Origin: Octopus vulgaris | Taxonomy: Eukaryota | DNA length: 64,000 bases | Direction of reading: 5' to 3' | Assembly (NCBI GenBank): GCA_951406725.2 | Contig: OX597839.1 | Coordinates: 29,512,001 to 29,576,000 of the forward strand | In this document: piece by piece, positions 27,367 through 39,645 of the stretch | How positions within the stretch are numbered: position 1 is the stretch's first letter | How the letters are laid out: each line of letters begins with the position of its first letter | Made by a program: the position numbers and the translations under genes | Notes under the pieces: model-generated | What the model saw: the letters and a program-made list of their open reading frames with translations, nothing else | Databases searched by the model: none | Told to the model about the DNA's origin: nothing

Positions 27367-27545
27367 GCTTCAAATTTTGGCTCAAAGCCAGCAATTTTAG
27401 AGGAAGGGATTAGTCAGTTACATCGACCCTAGTGTTAAACTGGTACTTCTTTCATCGACCTCAGCTGCAGTTGTACTCCGGACGTAAAGAGCCGTAAGAA
27501 ATGTCACTAAGCATTTCGTTCGCCAACGATTCTGTCCGCTCGACT
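27367..27545 (-). mobile_element. Nin/Deu-like SINE, internally deleted
   Basis: CATCGACCCTAGTGTTAAACTGGTACTT...CTAAGCATTTCG...AACGATTCTG. Confidence 0.7.
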
Positions 27546-28568
27546 CTGTAACCTGAGTCCGTAATCATAACGAGAAAGAAAAGACTCGGGTGGGGAGATG
27601 TCAAGACTATCAGACGTTAATTGCCATACATGTGACACAAACTAATCCAAAGCACAAGTTTTCGGCAACACCATAGTGATGCTATTTTTAACTTATTATC
27701 AACAATGTACTGATAAGTCTAAAATATCCTCAAACGAACGAGGCTGATTCATTCATTTCTTTCTTTCTTTCTTTATTTATTTATTCATATTTCATTCTTA
27801 GTCAATTATTTATACTCGTTTCTATGTTTGTCTGCTGAGGGTGAAAAGAGATAAGAAAAGGTGACGGGGGTGGCGATAGCTGTGGCGTTGTTGCTGCTGC
27901 TGCTGCTGCTGCTGCTAGGGGTGGGGTAACGGAGGTGAGGGTTGACGGTGGTGTTGGTGGCGGCGATGATGACAGGCAGGGTGGTGGTGGTGGTGGTGGA
28001 GGTGGTGATGCTATTGATGTCAATAGCTATGGTGATGGCGACAGTTTAGAGATGGTGGTTTTGGTGGTGGTGGTGGTGGTGGTGGTGGTGGTGGTGGTGG
28101 TGTGGGTGGCAGTGTGGAGGTGGTAGCTAGGATGGTGTTTGTGATATTAATTAGTGGTAGTGATAGCGATGGCAGCGGTTGGAGTGCACAGCGTTAGTTG
28201 CCATCATCGTCGTTCCTGCCGTGGCCGTCGTTGTCATTGCTTTGGTAGCCGTCTTCATCATCGTCGTGGTTGTCCTTTTTTTGATGACTGGGGGTGGTCA
28301 GGGTAAGGTTGGTGTTTGATGCATATTCCAGGGAAAGTGAAAGAAAAAATTAAAAAATGGCGCGCGAGACGAAAAGGAAACGAAAGCGAATGAGATAAGA
28401 AAGAGAGAGAGAGAGAGACAGAGAGGGAGGGTGAGAGAGAGGGGGAGGAGAGAGAAGGGGAGAGAGAGAGAGAAAACTAGTCATATTCCCTTGGTAATGT
28501 ATGTAGAACTATTACAGTTTTATCTACTATAACTAAACTCACTGAATATGGACGACTATTCAATGATA

Positions 28569-29803
28569 TGAGGTGCGTTCAAAAAGTATCTGGCCTTGGG
28601 GCATAAAAAAACAAAACAATTTTGTACATTCTCAAATCTTATCTAATCACCTTCAATATACTCCCCTTGGGTGTTGACACACTTCTCTCAACGGTTCTGC
28701 CATTGATGGTAATACCTCTAGAACACCATCTCTGGAATGCTGTAGAGATCCGCAGTCGCTTTTCTTATAATTTCCTCACGCGATTTAAATCGCTTCCCTT
28801 TCAGCGTGGTTTTCAGATTGGGGAAGAGTCAGAAGTCACGTGGGAGTGTAGTGAGCCTATCGAACAAGCGGTGTGTTGTTCTTGACCAGGAAAGCTTAGA
28901 TTATGTAGCCAGAATGAGCAGGTGCTTTGTCGTGGTGAAATTGCCAATTCTTCACCGCCCACATTTCCGGCCGATTTCGACGCACAACATCAGGAAAGCG
29001 ACGTCTAACTTCCAGGCAGTATTCCTTATTGACTGTTTGGTCTTGTGGTACGTACTCATGACGCACAATGCCGCAGGAGTCAAAGAAATAGGTCAACATT
29101 ACCTTCAAATTGCTGTGAACCTGTCGTGCTTTTCTGGGCCTTGGTGATGACGGATGCTTCCATTGGGAGGACCGGAACTTGGTTTCCGGGTCGTAACCAT
29201 AAACCCATGTCTCATCACCAGTGATAATGGTCTTCGTGAAGTCTGGGTCGCTGTTTGGACAGTCCGGTATGACCTGAGCAATTCCCATGCGGAGTTGCTT
29301 CTGAGGTTCAACCAGCACCTTGGGACGAAACTTTCCGCATGCACAAATCCTCCGTTAAAATGAAATGGACTGATCCTGTGCTTATTCCCATTTCGTGAGC
29401 AATTACCTCTTCCAAGACTATTTGCTGCACCTTCTCAATCGGCTTCTCGTTTCGAGTAGTGTATGGCCTGGCTGAGTGTACCTCGCTCTCCACTGAGGTG
29501 CAGTCATGATTCGAACAGTAGTCATGATTCGAACAAGAGTTTTGTCCATGGCATCATCCCCAAAAGCCTGCTGAATATTCTGGATGGTTTGGTAAAACTT
29601 GATGCCATATCTTTGCTCCAGGCGTTCGGTCATCTTTTATGAAAACAAAAATGCAACGAAAGCGCACCACACGTCTGTAGTCTGTCACGGCCCACCAGCA
29701 AGACAATCTTTGCACATGCGCAGTAAGGGTGGCGTCACCTTCCACGCAAAGCAGTTTGCATACGCAGTATTAGTTTTCGCGGGTACTTTTTGAATGCACC
29801 TCG
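28569..29803 (-). mobile_element. Mariner DNA transposon, near full length, inactive
   Basis: TIRs TGAGGTGCGTTCAAAAAGTATCTG / CGGGTACTTTTTGAATGCACCTCG; TA duplication at 28567-28568 and 29804-29805; 1235 bp. Confidence 0.93.
28643..29633 (-). pseudogene. Mariner transposase pseudogene
   Basis: Motifs MTERLEQRYGIKF, FVPR (WVPH-equivalent), IITGDETWVYGYDPETK..SSQW and FHHDKAPAHS, plus C-terminal ..KCVNTQGEYIEGD*. It has several frameshifts and a damaged YSPDLAP motif. Confidence 0.9.
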
Positions 29804-29958
29804 TATATGTATTAGACACTGTTTTATAGACACACATATACATATATACACATATACATACAATATAAATAATTATACTCATACATTTGGCATATATATA
29901 TACAAATATACAACAATTATATATACACAATGCACACATCAAGCGTTTTATATAATTT

Positions 29959-29998
<40 letters not shown>

Positions 29999-30323
29999 CA
30001 TGGAACGAGAGAGTGACTGAGAGACAGAGACCGCGAGCTTAAAAATGTTATATAAACACACACACACAAACATACACATGCGTACACACATACATACATA
30101 CATGCGTGCGTACATACATGCATACATACATACATACATACATACATACATACATACATACATACATACATACATACATACATACATACATACATACACA
30201 ACTATACACATAGAACTGTTATATATTCGCGTATACTCAAATCTGCAATGATATATGCATAATAAAAATATAGTATGTTATATACACATACACGCACGCA
30301 CATACACACATGCACACACAAAG

Positions 30324-30362
<39 letters not shown>

Positions 30363-30457
30363 ATGTATATATATATGTATATAAATATAACATGAAATTG
30401 GTATAGATAGGAATTATTATTATTACTATTAACATTATTCTTCTTATTATTATTATC

Positions 30458-30510
<53 letters not shown>

Positions 30511-31180
30511 GTGGCGGTAGTAGTGGTGGTTGAGGAGGAGGAAAAAAACAGTAGTAGTAGCAGTTGTTGTTGTTGTTGTTGTTGTTATTGCTGTTGCCGT
30601 TGTAGCAGTCATGGTTCGAGGGACGGAACAAAACGTTTCTTTCCTCACTCCGAGAAGAAAACATTCTGTTGGCTACACACGCTTTGAAATTCTCAGCGAC
30701 TAAAATTCCTTGCGATAAACACAGTGACAGTATTCAGGGACCCTCAGCAAATTAATCCGCTGCTGTTTTTTCTTCTCTAACTTGCCCTATTACCGTTCCC
30801 TTTTGAGTAAATCAATGTCTTCGTTGAAGCAGTTGCATTTATTCTTAATTACAAGTAGCTTTATATTCCTTTAGCTGATGTAATGTTTTTTCTTTTAATC
30901 ACAACACCGAAGACTGCAGTTTCTTAACATTTCAGTTCGCTTCTGTACATCGTTAAAGCCATTTTGGTATTGTTATGTAACTTCTCTGATCTTTATCAGG
31001 GAAACTAATGGCGACCATATTGTTGTGTTATCTGCTAATCCGTTTCTATGTCATCCATCGCATTGTCGTATCTTCGCATTGTTATAACTTCGTATTGTTG
31101 TATATGTACATATATACACCCACACACGTAACTACCTACATACGCACACAAATACGTATGTATGTACGTATATCATATGC

Positions 31181-31216
<36 letters not shown>

Positions 31217-31256
31217 ATATATTACAAATGTATATATGTAATATATATATATAAAT

Positions 31257-31303
<47 letters not shown>

Positions 31304-31389
31304 TATGAATGTATGTGTGTGTATATGTATATATAAAGTATGAATGTGTGTGTATATATATAAATATACGTATATATGTGTGTGTGTGC

Positions 31390-31466
<77 letters not shown>

Positions 31467-32796
31467 GTATGTATGTATGTATGTATATATGTCTGCGTAT
31501 GCATGTCCACATATATACACGCATCCGCCAGAAGTTTTTTCCTTAACGAATTAAAACAGAAGCCAGGTATATTTAATAGAGATCACCTTATTGCGTCTTA
31601 TAGTAATATGTTTGTGCTCGCGCATACACACACACACACACACACTTTCTATATAGATATATACACACATACACTATATGTCTATTATGTTTATATACAC
31701 ACACACACAAACGCTTTGTATATGCTTATAAAGCTCCTATTCCATTATGCTTGCCACAGTCTAATGATGCTGACTGGTGAACCAGTTTTTGAAGGTTGCA
31801 CCGAACTGAACTGATATAATGTAGGATAAACATAATAATAATAACAATAATCCTTGGATGGAATTCATAAATATTCTGATGCACTGCTACGCGCGTTTCC
31901 ACAAACCGCATGTCTCTTAAGATCACAGTGCGATGATTACTGTGTAGTCCGTAGTATCCGTAGGCATCTAGTTGATCATTATCATTGATTCATTTCTTCA
32001 GGCGATGTGTTATATCTCCTGAAGGAATGATAACATAGACCAAATGATACACAGCCAGGTGGTTGCGGACCCCTGTAGTAAACGATACTACATGGCTTAC
32101 TGCTACATACGGCATGGCGGGACAGGAAATTTGTGTCATTTATCGTAGGTGAGGAAACTAACGAGGGAAATTCCTATGGGTTTTTAATTAAACCAAAACC
32201 AGTAAAATTCAACGGAAATTCTAGAGAAGATGGTGCCAACGTTTCCATGAAATGGATAAAGATCTACTGGGGTATGATGTAAGATATCGCAGTTGCTTCC
32301 ACTTCAGTGCCAAGGACTGTGTCAGCGTTCGTTGAGAAGAAATAGCTTGTTCTGTCTTGTAAAATCAGTCAACAAGCATTCACGTTAAATAGCCAGAATC
32401 AATACCAGAAGACTTTGTTCCCAGCAGACTCTGTTACAGAGAAAATTGTTAAAATCATGAGCCACAACCAAAACCGAAACGATGGCGACAAGGCAGAGAT
32501 AGAACTGACGACATCACTTGAACACGTGGTAAACACTTTTGAATAAACAGAAATGAGTAAAAAATATAAAGACCCAAAACACAGTCCAGTTCAAAATTCA
32601 AGAAGGACTTTATTATCTGCATTAAACCAGACTGATTTGATTTTATTATCAGTTATTGATCAAGTTCCTAAAGAACATCTAGGACATATTGGAGTTATTG
32701 AACATTGATTGGTTTTCTTTATTTTGTCGCTCTTCGCCAACAGATGGGAGTAAGATCGATCGCTGTGATAAGAACACACAACCAAATTGGATCGCT

Positions 32797-32849
<53 letters not shown>

Positions 32850-33475
32850 GGAAAATTTAAAATATCGACAAGCTACAGAAAATTACCAGACAATCAGACA
32901 GCCTAATCAAACCAGAAGTGAATAATGAATTCACGAGCCACCAGCTGCGAGTAGTTATAAGTCGTTTAAAATTTTCAGAAGAAGCCGACTGGTGATGACT
33001 CCCTTGTAAATTAATTGAACTTAAACACCATCAACGAGATTAATCAAAAACTTTATCTAAAAGAACAAAAAAAAAAAAGTTGAAATGTGAACCGTAAGTT
33101 TTCATTAAACCCATAAACTCGGTTTCGTAGCATGAAAAGTCATACAATTACGGTTATAAATGCTCCTCTCTCGGGCTATCTGGGATCGTTCCAAGGGGAT
33201 GGTATGTAAATAAACAATAGGACCACATCAAGAGAGCAAGTGACAGGATCACTGTTTGACGGGAGGATGGTGACAGAAGCGTGACTCCAGTCCGCGTCTT
33301 TTGAATGCCATCGCATCGTTTCACCCAGACAACGCTTACAGAGATTTAAGGGACAGATGAGTGCATCGTGTGTATTCACTGGTAAAAATAACATCTCGAG
33401 AATAGGGAAAGAATTCCTCCGTAAGTATTCTAGGTGAGCAGTTCCATGTGACCCAACGAGGACTACAATAGACGT

Positions 33476-33784
33476 TTTTTTTTTTTGTTCCTTTTCAAGC
33501 CATGCCTGGCTCATTAGGGCCGGTTTCCCGGTTTCCTTGGCGTATAGGTCCCCCACCTGGACGGGACGCCGGTCCGTCGCAGGTGAGCTGCAAGATGCAG
33601 GAGGAAAGAGTGAGAGAAAGTTGTGGCGAAAGACTCAGCAGAAGTTCGCCATTACCTTCTGCCGGAGCCGCGTGGAGCTTAGGTGTTTCGCTCATAAACA
33701 CACACATCACCCGGTCTGAGATTCGAACCCGCGATCCCTCGACCGCGAGTCCGCTGCTCTAACCACAAGGCCATGTGCCTCCAC
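33476..33784 (-). mobile_element. Chimeric tRNA-derived SINE with A-rich tail and TSD
   Basis: A-box TGGCCTTGTGG, B-box GGTTCGAATC. The 5' half matches the 11623/53546 family and the 3' half matches the 2841 element. Flanked by ACAATAGACGT (33465-33475) and ACAATAAACGT (33785-33795). Confidence 0.88.
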
Positions 33785-33959
33785 ACAATAAACGTACTGA
33801 CACCGAAATTTAGTGAAGAAACAATAATCATTTTCAGCAGAAATGATTGCCTGGCTGACGGTCTACGCCCATTAACTAAAGGATACCAACAAGAGAAGGA
33901 AGGGGGCACCACAGCACAAAAAAAAAATCACTTTAAATTTACTAAATTAATATTCGAAG

Positions 33960-34240
33960 TGGTTTAAATGATCGGAAATATAACCCAGAAGCGTTCATGG
34001 TGTCACAGAGAGGATCTGATCAAGGACTTTGCAATTAAAAAGAAAAGTAGGAGAAAATTTCTTAAATATGAATAAAGGGAAATATACAAAAATAAACATT
34101 ATTTTCCATCTTTCTGTTAGTTTTGCTTCATTTTGAAAAATAAAAAGTCATTTTATGGTTTATCAATGTTTATATTTTGAATTACATATATACGGGGGCC
34201 CCAGAATCTTTTAAGGGCTTAGGGCCTCTACCCAGCCCTG
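33960..34240 (+). mobile_element. hAT transposon right-end remnant
   Basis: DLIKDFAIKKKSRR resembles a hAT transposase C-terminus. The terminus GGGGCCCCAGAATCTTTTAAGGGCTTAGGGCCTC..CCCAGCCCTG is an inverted match to the 47438 end. Confidence 0.55.
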
Positions 34241-35299
34241 CCAAGAAGAGTAGTCTCTGTTGGACTTCTAGTAGATACTTCACATCCATCTACAACAATA
34301 CAGCTTCACTATTCAGGAACAAGAAGAAATAACTACGAAATATTTGATCGACAAAATGGATGAGGATGTCTCTAACCCACCACATTGTGGTAGAAAATAT
34401 AGTGTGGTGATAACGGTGTGGAAGAATCGTCCACATTACCAGCGGAGCTCTCTTCAATTTCCGAAACGTACTGCCTTCTCATAAAACATATTGTCGTAAA
34501 ATCTGTTGTAAAACCAATTACATCTGTAGGAAAGATATCTTGTATAAAGAAACACACTACATAAAGAATATATTCACACTTTAAAAAACAATAAGGAATA
34601 TTGGGGAAACATTAAAAGAAAGACAATAAGAGCTGCAGTATAGCGCAAACATATCAGAGCTGATATCATCTCATGGGACAGAGAACAACGGGTGTGAATT
34701 TCTTGTCGAACGTTTCAGAAAAAAAATAATCTACGGTAAATTAATGCGAGATGTACATCTCTGGTATCATGGCTATAAACTATTATTTGTACCTGTTGCA
34801 GGTACATCAACATTTTCAAACGTTTATTTAAATCTGTTATGTAGCCAATTGCACTCACGATGATCATAACTACATGAGACTATGTTCAATGGTCATAAGT
34901 ATATTAGGCGATTACAAGTGTATGAGGCTACAATAAACTTAAATGAAAAGGTTGAGAATGCTTACCAAGGTTGAGAATGTTTACCAAGAAACAACGAAAC
35001 GAACAGAATGGCATCCTTCTAATCCAGACAATTACAGATTGAGTGAAAAATTTCAAGACACTACAAAGTGTTGTTCCGAGAAGAATATGGTAGCAGGGGA
35101 AATAACTTCCTTGTTAGAGGTCTAGCTAACTATTTAGCTCTCTAGCAAAGAAAACGTATAAAACGAGCAAGGAATGGGAGCCATCTTGAATCAGAACTAA
35201 AGGGAAGCAAAAATTATTTTGGAGCATTTAAACCCATTGAAAATACGACATAAAAATCCACCGTTTAAATTCTCTGCTCTATTCATACAGTTACATAAT

Positions 35300-35510
35300 G
35301 TATATACATATGTTATACATACGTTTACATTTGTATCAGTAATTATTGGTACACTTGGTTACATCAGTGAAGGTTTAAGCAGTACTTTGGAAAAGCTTGG
35401 ATTTTCAAGCAAAGAAAGAGACTGGTACACATGTAGTTTACGAATACCGTCAGTAGGTGGAACAGTAAAATTATGCAAGCCTTTTCTGAAGTTCAACGGG
35501 TAACACTTAT
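35300..35510 (+). mobile_element. Decayed REL-endonuclease non-LTR retrotransposon 3' end
   Basis: VIIGTLGYISEGLSSTLEKLG...SVGGTVKLCKPFLKF resembles the terminal segment (VIIGALG...GT.KI...F) of R2/R4/NeSL-type ORFs. Confidence 0.5.
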
Positions 35511-35621
35511 CGTTGTTGTCGTTATCCAGATTCTATCAGCGGGGTTTTGTTTCTACGTTAGAAACCAGCTCCTCCATTCTAGGAAGAATATGAACAGATA
35601 AACAGAAAAATACTATACATA

Positions 35622-35843
35622 CGAGGGGAAGTCAAAAATTATCCGCACTTTCGCCATAACATAACTTTATTATTGTAACAATGCCTTCTGCACATGCGTG
35701 CTTATAGTTGGTACTGTTGTGGTCACGTGATCGAAATTTGGGCATGATCGCGCCATTTTTCTTTCCGGCTTCACAGTCTAAGCATGGTCACTCCACTAGC
35801 AATGTGCACCAAAGAAGAAGAACAAAGAGCAGTGATCCGAGAG
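35622..35843 (+). mobile_element. Mariner 5' fragment (left TIR plus transposase start)
   Basis: TA|CGAGGGGAAGTCAAAAATTATCCG; the ATG at 35784 gives MVTPLAMCTKEEEQRAVIR, a mariner N-terminus, and the match then stops. Confidence 0.7.
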
Positions 35844-35934
35844 ATGGTAATGGTGTATATATATATATATATATAAACATACACATATATATTTATATGC
35901 AATATATATATACATATATACATACACATATATA

Positions 35935-36105
35935 GGGAGAATTCAGAAAAAAAAACGAAGACAGGTGGTGTAGACAACAAACAGATGTATTAGTATAACG
36001 CTCGGGAAGTGAAAAAGTCTTTAACGTTTCGAGCCTACGCTCTTCCACAGAAAGGAACACAGAAATAAAGAATGTGTAGTGGCTAGCGATCTATCATGGC
36101 GAATG
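35935..36105 (-). mobile_element. Possible Penelope-like terminal repeat remnant
   Basis: The minus strand has GGAAGAGCGTAGGCTCGAAACGTT, resembling the degenerate hammerhead-like core of Penelope-type pLTRs; flanked by microsatellites. Confidence 0.35.
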
Positions 36106-36470
36106 ATATATACACAGACACAGACAGACAGACACACACACACACACACATTTATATAATGCTAAATATATAGCAGTTACCCAGTTTAGTATACGAGTGT
36201 ACTAAAGAGACAGTTACACCCATTACATAAATAATTAAGTGCACACACACTCACTTACGAATCCATCGACAAATATCTACGTGTGTTCTCGTATATACGC
36301 AAACATACACCCATATATAAGCAAACAGTAACTCTCGCGCACATATTCAGAAATCCCTCGAACTGTCTTGAGGCAAACAAAGGCGCTCTGTCACTTTTTT
36401 TAGTAAACAGCTTCAAGTCGGCGAAGAAGAATTTAAATGAATCGCAAAGAAAAACATACAATCGCACGTA

Positions 36471-36533
<63 letters not shown>

Positions 36534-36584
36534 TATATATATGTCTGTTTGTTTATTCGTGTGTGTACGAGTGTTTTATATATT

Positions 36585-36955
36585 CTTTTATTATTTCACT
36601 TGTTTCGGTCATTTGACTGCGGCCATGCTGGAGCACCACCTTTAGTCGAACAAATCGACCCCAGGATTTATTCTTTGTTAGCTTAGTACTTATTCTATCA
36701 GCCACTTTTGCCGAACCGCTAAGTTACGGGAACGTAAACACACCAACATCGGTTGTCAAGCGATGTTGGCGGGGGGACAAACACACACACACACACATAC
36801 ATTTATACGACGGGCTTCTTCCAGTTTCCGTCTACCAAATCCTTTCACAAGGCTTTGGTCGACCCGAGGCTATAGTAGAAGACATTTGCCAAAGGTGCCA
36901 CGCAGTGGGACTGAACCCGGAACCATGTGGTTGGTAAGCAAGCTACTTACCACAC

Positions 36956-36957
<2 letters not shown>
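36585..36957 (-). mobile_element. OR-type (CORE-like) SINE, nearly full length
   Basis: Minus strand: GTGGTAAGTAGCTTGCTTACCAACCACATGGTTCCGGGTTCAGTCCCACTGCGTGGCACCTTTGGCAAATGTCTT, then internal (TG)n and the conserved tail. Confidence 0.9.
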
Positions 36958-36991
<34 letters not shown>

Positions 36992-37220
36992 TATTACATG
37001 CTATCGAAGTGACACTGGGGTACAAATATATGAAACCCAGTATAGCCATCATGACAACCCACCTGATAAGGGTACAACAAGTTTTTGGGATCTTACGAAA
37101 CGCCATAAAGCTAAATCCTTTATGGACGGGAAACTTAAGGTAATTCCATTAATCGGCCTTCGCCATTTTTAATGTATACTGCTCTGTCTCTCTCTGTCTC
37201 TCTCTGTCTCTCTCTCTCTG

Positions 37221-37263
<43 letters not shown>

Positions 37264-37884
37264 GTATGAATGTATGTATGTATATAATATATATGGATAT
37301 ATATGCCTGTGTTTGGGTTTATACGCATGTACTTCAGTTAAGGGTACGAAAGTTAGAGTGAAAAATAAATTTGAAAGGAAAAACTGAAAGAAAGGAAGAA
37401 AGAAAAAGCGGAACGAAAGAAAGAAAGAAAGAAAGATGAAATGAAAGGGGAAAAACATGAAAGCCAATTTAATAATTCAAAGAAAAATAAGGAAAACAGA
37501 GCAAAATCATGACAAGGGCGGGAAATGGGGAGCGGAAAGCATTAACTGAAAAACTCAGGTTTATCACAGATTGAAAATGTACGCAAAAACCACAAAACCC
37601 TTGTCTACGTCACGAATTTATAAGGTTCCTAACAGGAAAAAAAAAAATTTTATAATTTGCCAAGAGTGATGATAGAGGCGGTGTCGGTTGGTAGCTGTGT
37701 ATGTGAAATACTACATACATATGTTAAAAACAGTAAACTATTGTCGGCGGTGAACCTACAATGTTTTCATTGTTTGGTTTCAATATAAGACAGAGGACAT
37801 GTTTGTGTAGACACCGCTTATTGGCTTTTACGTCGACTGTGGAGTGATGAAAGGATTCTCTTTCTTTCTTTTTCTTATATACTA

Positions 37885-38041
37885 CATATGTTTGTACGTA
37901 CATACGTACGTATGCATGCAGGCACGTACGTACGTACGCATGTATGTATGTATGTGTGTTTGTGTGTGTATGTGTGTGTATGTGTGTGTATATCTATATA
38001 TGTGTGTGTATATTTATATATGTGTGTCTGTATATGTATCA

Positions 38042-38072
<31 letters not shown>

Positions 38073-38255
38073 TGTATGTATGTATGTATGTATGTATATA
38101 TGTATGTATGTGTGTATGTATGTATATATATATGTATGTGTGTATGTACGTATGTGTATATGTGTGTGTATGTGAGCATGTGTGTGTGTGTATTTATATA
38201 TGTGTGTCTATATGTATGTATGTATGTATGTATGTATGAATACATGTATATATGT
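37885..38255. repeat. (TATG)n/(TG)n microsatellite block
   Basis: Direct reading. Confidence 0.95.
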
Positions 38256-38798
38256 ATTACTATAAAACAGACAATGGCGAGAATACTTGTTCAAAATAGA
38301 AAACTGAAGACCGCGTAAAACATTGAGAATTGATGCAAAGCTAAATATAAATTTCATTTATTCATTCATTTGTTTATTCAATTAATTATTTATCCATTTA
38401 TTTATTTATTGCCCCCCCCCCTGCCAGGGATACAATAAGGTCATGGGACTGCAGCATGGTGGGATGTGAAGAGGTAGCGGAAGAACTCGACTGAGCCCAC
38501 AGTGCTTCTTGCATTGATGCTGAGTGGAAGATTCTCAAAAGATCAACGGTCGGGATCAGCAATCTCTCTCAAGAACTACTCCCATGGACGCGTCCATAGG
38601 GGTAGTTCTTGATAGAGATTGCACCCAGAGGAGTAGCGTCCATTATTGAAAGATTCACTATGACCCAAGATCCCAATTCAAATTCACAATAATGGGATCG
38701 GATGGCGACAGAGAGTCATGGGAATCGGCAGAAGCAGCGAAAAGAAAAAATATATTCGTTCGATATTGGATTCGATAGAATTTAGTCTCTTCAAGACG

Positions 38799-39065
38799 CA
38801 GGGTGTTCGGGCTAAATTTGACGATTCTGTAACGTCTCGTCTTTTGTTTTTTTTCTTTTCAGGAACAGTTTGATGCTTGATGTATTTGGTGAAGAATCAA
38901 CGGCGTTGGAGATAATAATGATTGAAGTTGCAGTAGAGAAAAAAGTAGCTGACATGGAGGAGTGGAAGCCATTTGAATATTGGAAAAGAGTTACTTGTGC
39001 CATGATGATTCGTGCCGGGTGTCAAAATGCCGGTATCCTGACTGCTGTTCAATGCTCTGTGAACA
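38799..39065 (+). mobile_element. Tc1/mariner-like 5' fragment
   Basis: Starts CAGGGTGTTCGGGCTAAAT (TIR-like). MEEWKPFEYWKRVTCAMMIRAG... is a plausible HTH N-terminus and is truncated where the RTE fragment ends. Confidence 0.45.
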
Positions 39066-39645
39066 TTGATCCAAGCCTCCATCCCACCATGAAATGATTT
39101 AATTATAGATACAAAGTGATCCAAGTTTGCCAAGTATTTTCCATAGCAAGGCCCTATTCACAGTATCAAAGGCCTTGGTTAAATCAATGAATACCTGGAC
39201 TAGATCCATATTCTGCCTATAGCACTTCTGCATCTGTCTTGCTGTGAAAATCATAGTCATTGTCCCTCTACCAAATCGGAAGCAACATTGAGATTCAGAT
39301 AGGACATCATTTACGAGACACCCATTCAGACGGGCAAGAAGAATATTTGCCAGAACCTTGCCAGCAGCTGATAGTTGAGCAATACCTCTGTAGTTATCAC
39401 GCATTATTCTGGCTCCTTTTCCTTTATAGAGGGAAAGAATAATTGCATCCTTCCAGTCCTTAGGGATTGCACCATCCCTCCAGACTGCACTAATAAGTTC
39501 ATGAAGGTACTGCATGATGTAATCACCACCAAATCGCAAGACATCAGCACAAATTCCATCCCTTCCAGGTGCTCTACAAAGATTCAATTTACTTATTGTT
39601 GTCATTACCTCATCTATTGAGGGCGTGGAATTTAAGGAGCCAATC
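39060..39645 (-). mobile_element. RTE/BovB-like reverse transcriptase fragment
   Basis: APGRDGI, WKDAIILSLYKGKG, NYRGIAQLSAAGKVL, ESQCCFRFGRGT..MIFTARQ, FIDLTKAFDTV and IIKSFHGGM are the N-terminal RT motifs. The YADD motif is not included. Confidence 0.92.

Noticed and set aside
33176-33556. 126-aa ORF
   Set aside because: Starts within a SINE tail; the remainder has no recognisable homology.
33710-33784. tRNA-like sequence with A and B boxes (also at 2841, 11623, 53546)
   Set aside because: No proper acceptor stem or terminator; continues into a SINE body, so these are SINE heads, not tRNA genes.
34948-34988. 19-bp tandem duplication AAGGTTGAGAATG(C/T)TTACC
   Set aside because: Ordinary slippage duplication within probable decayed retrotransposon sequence.
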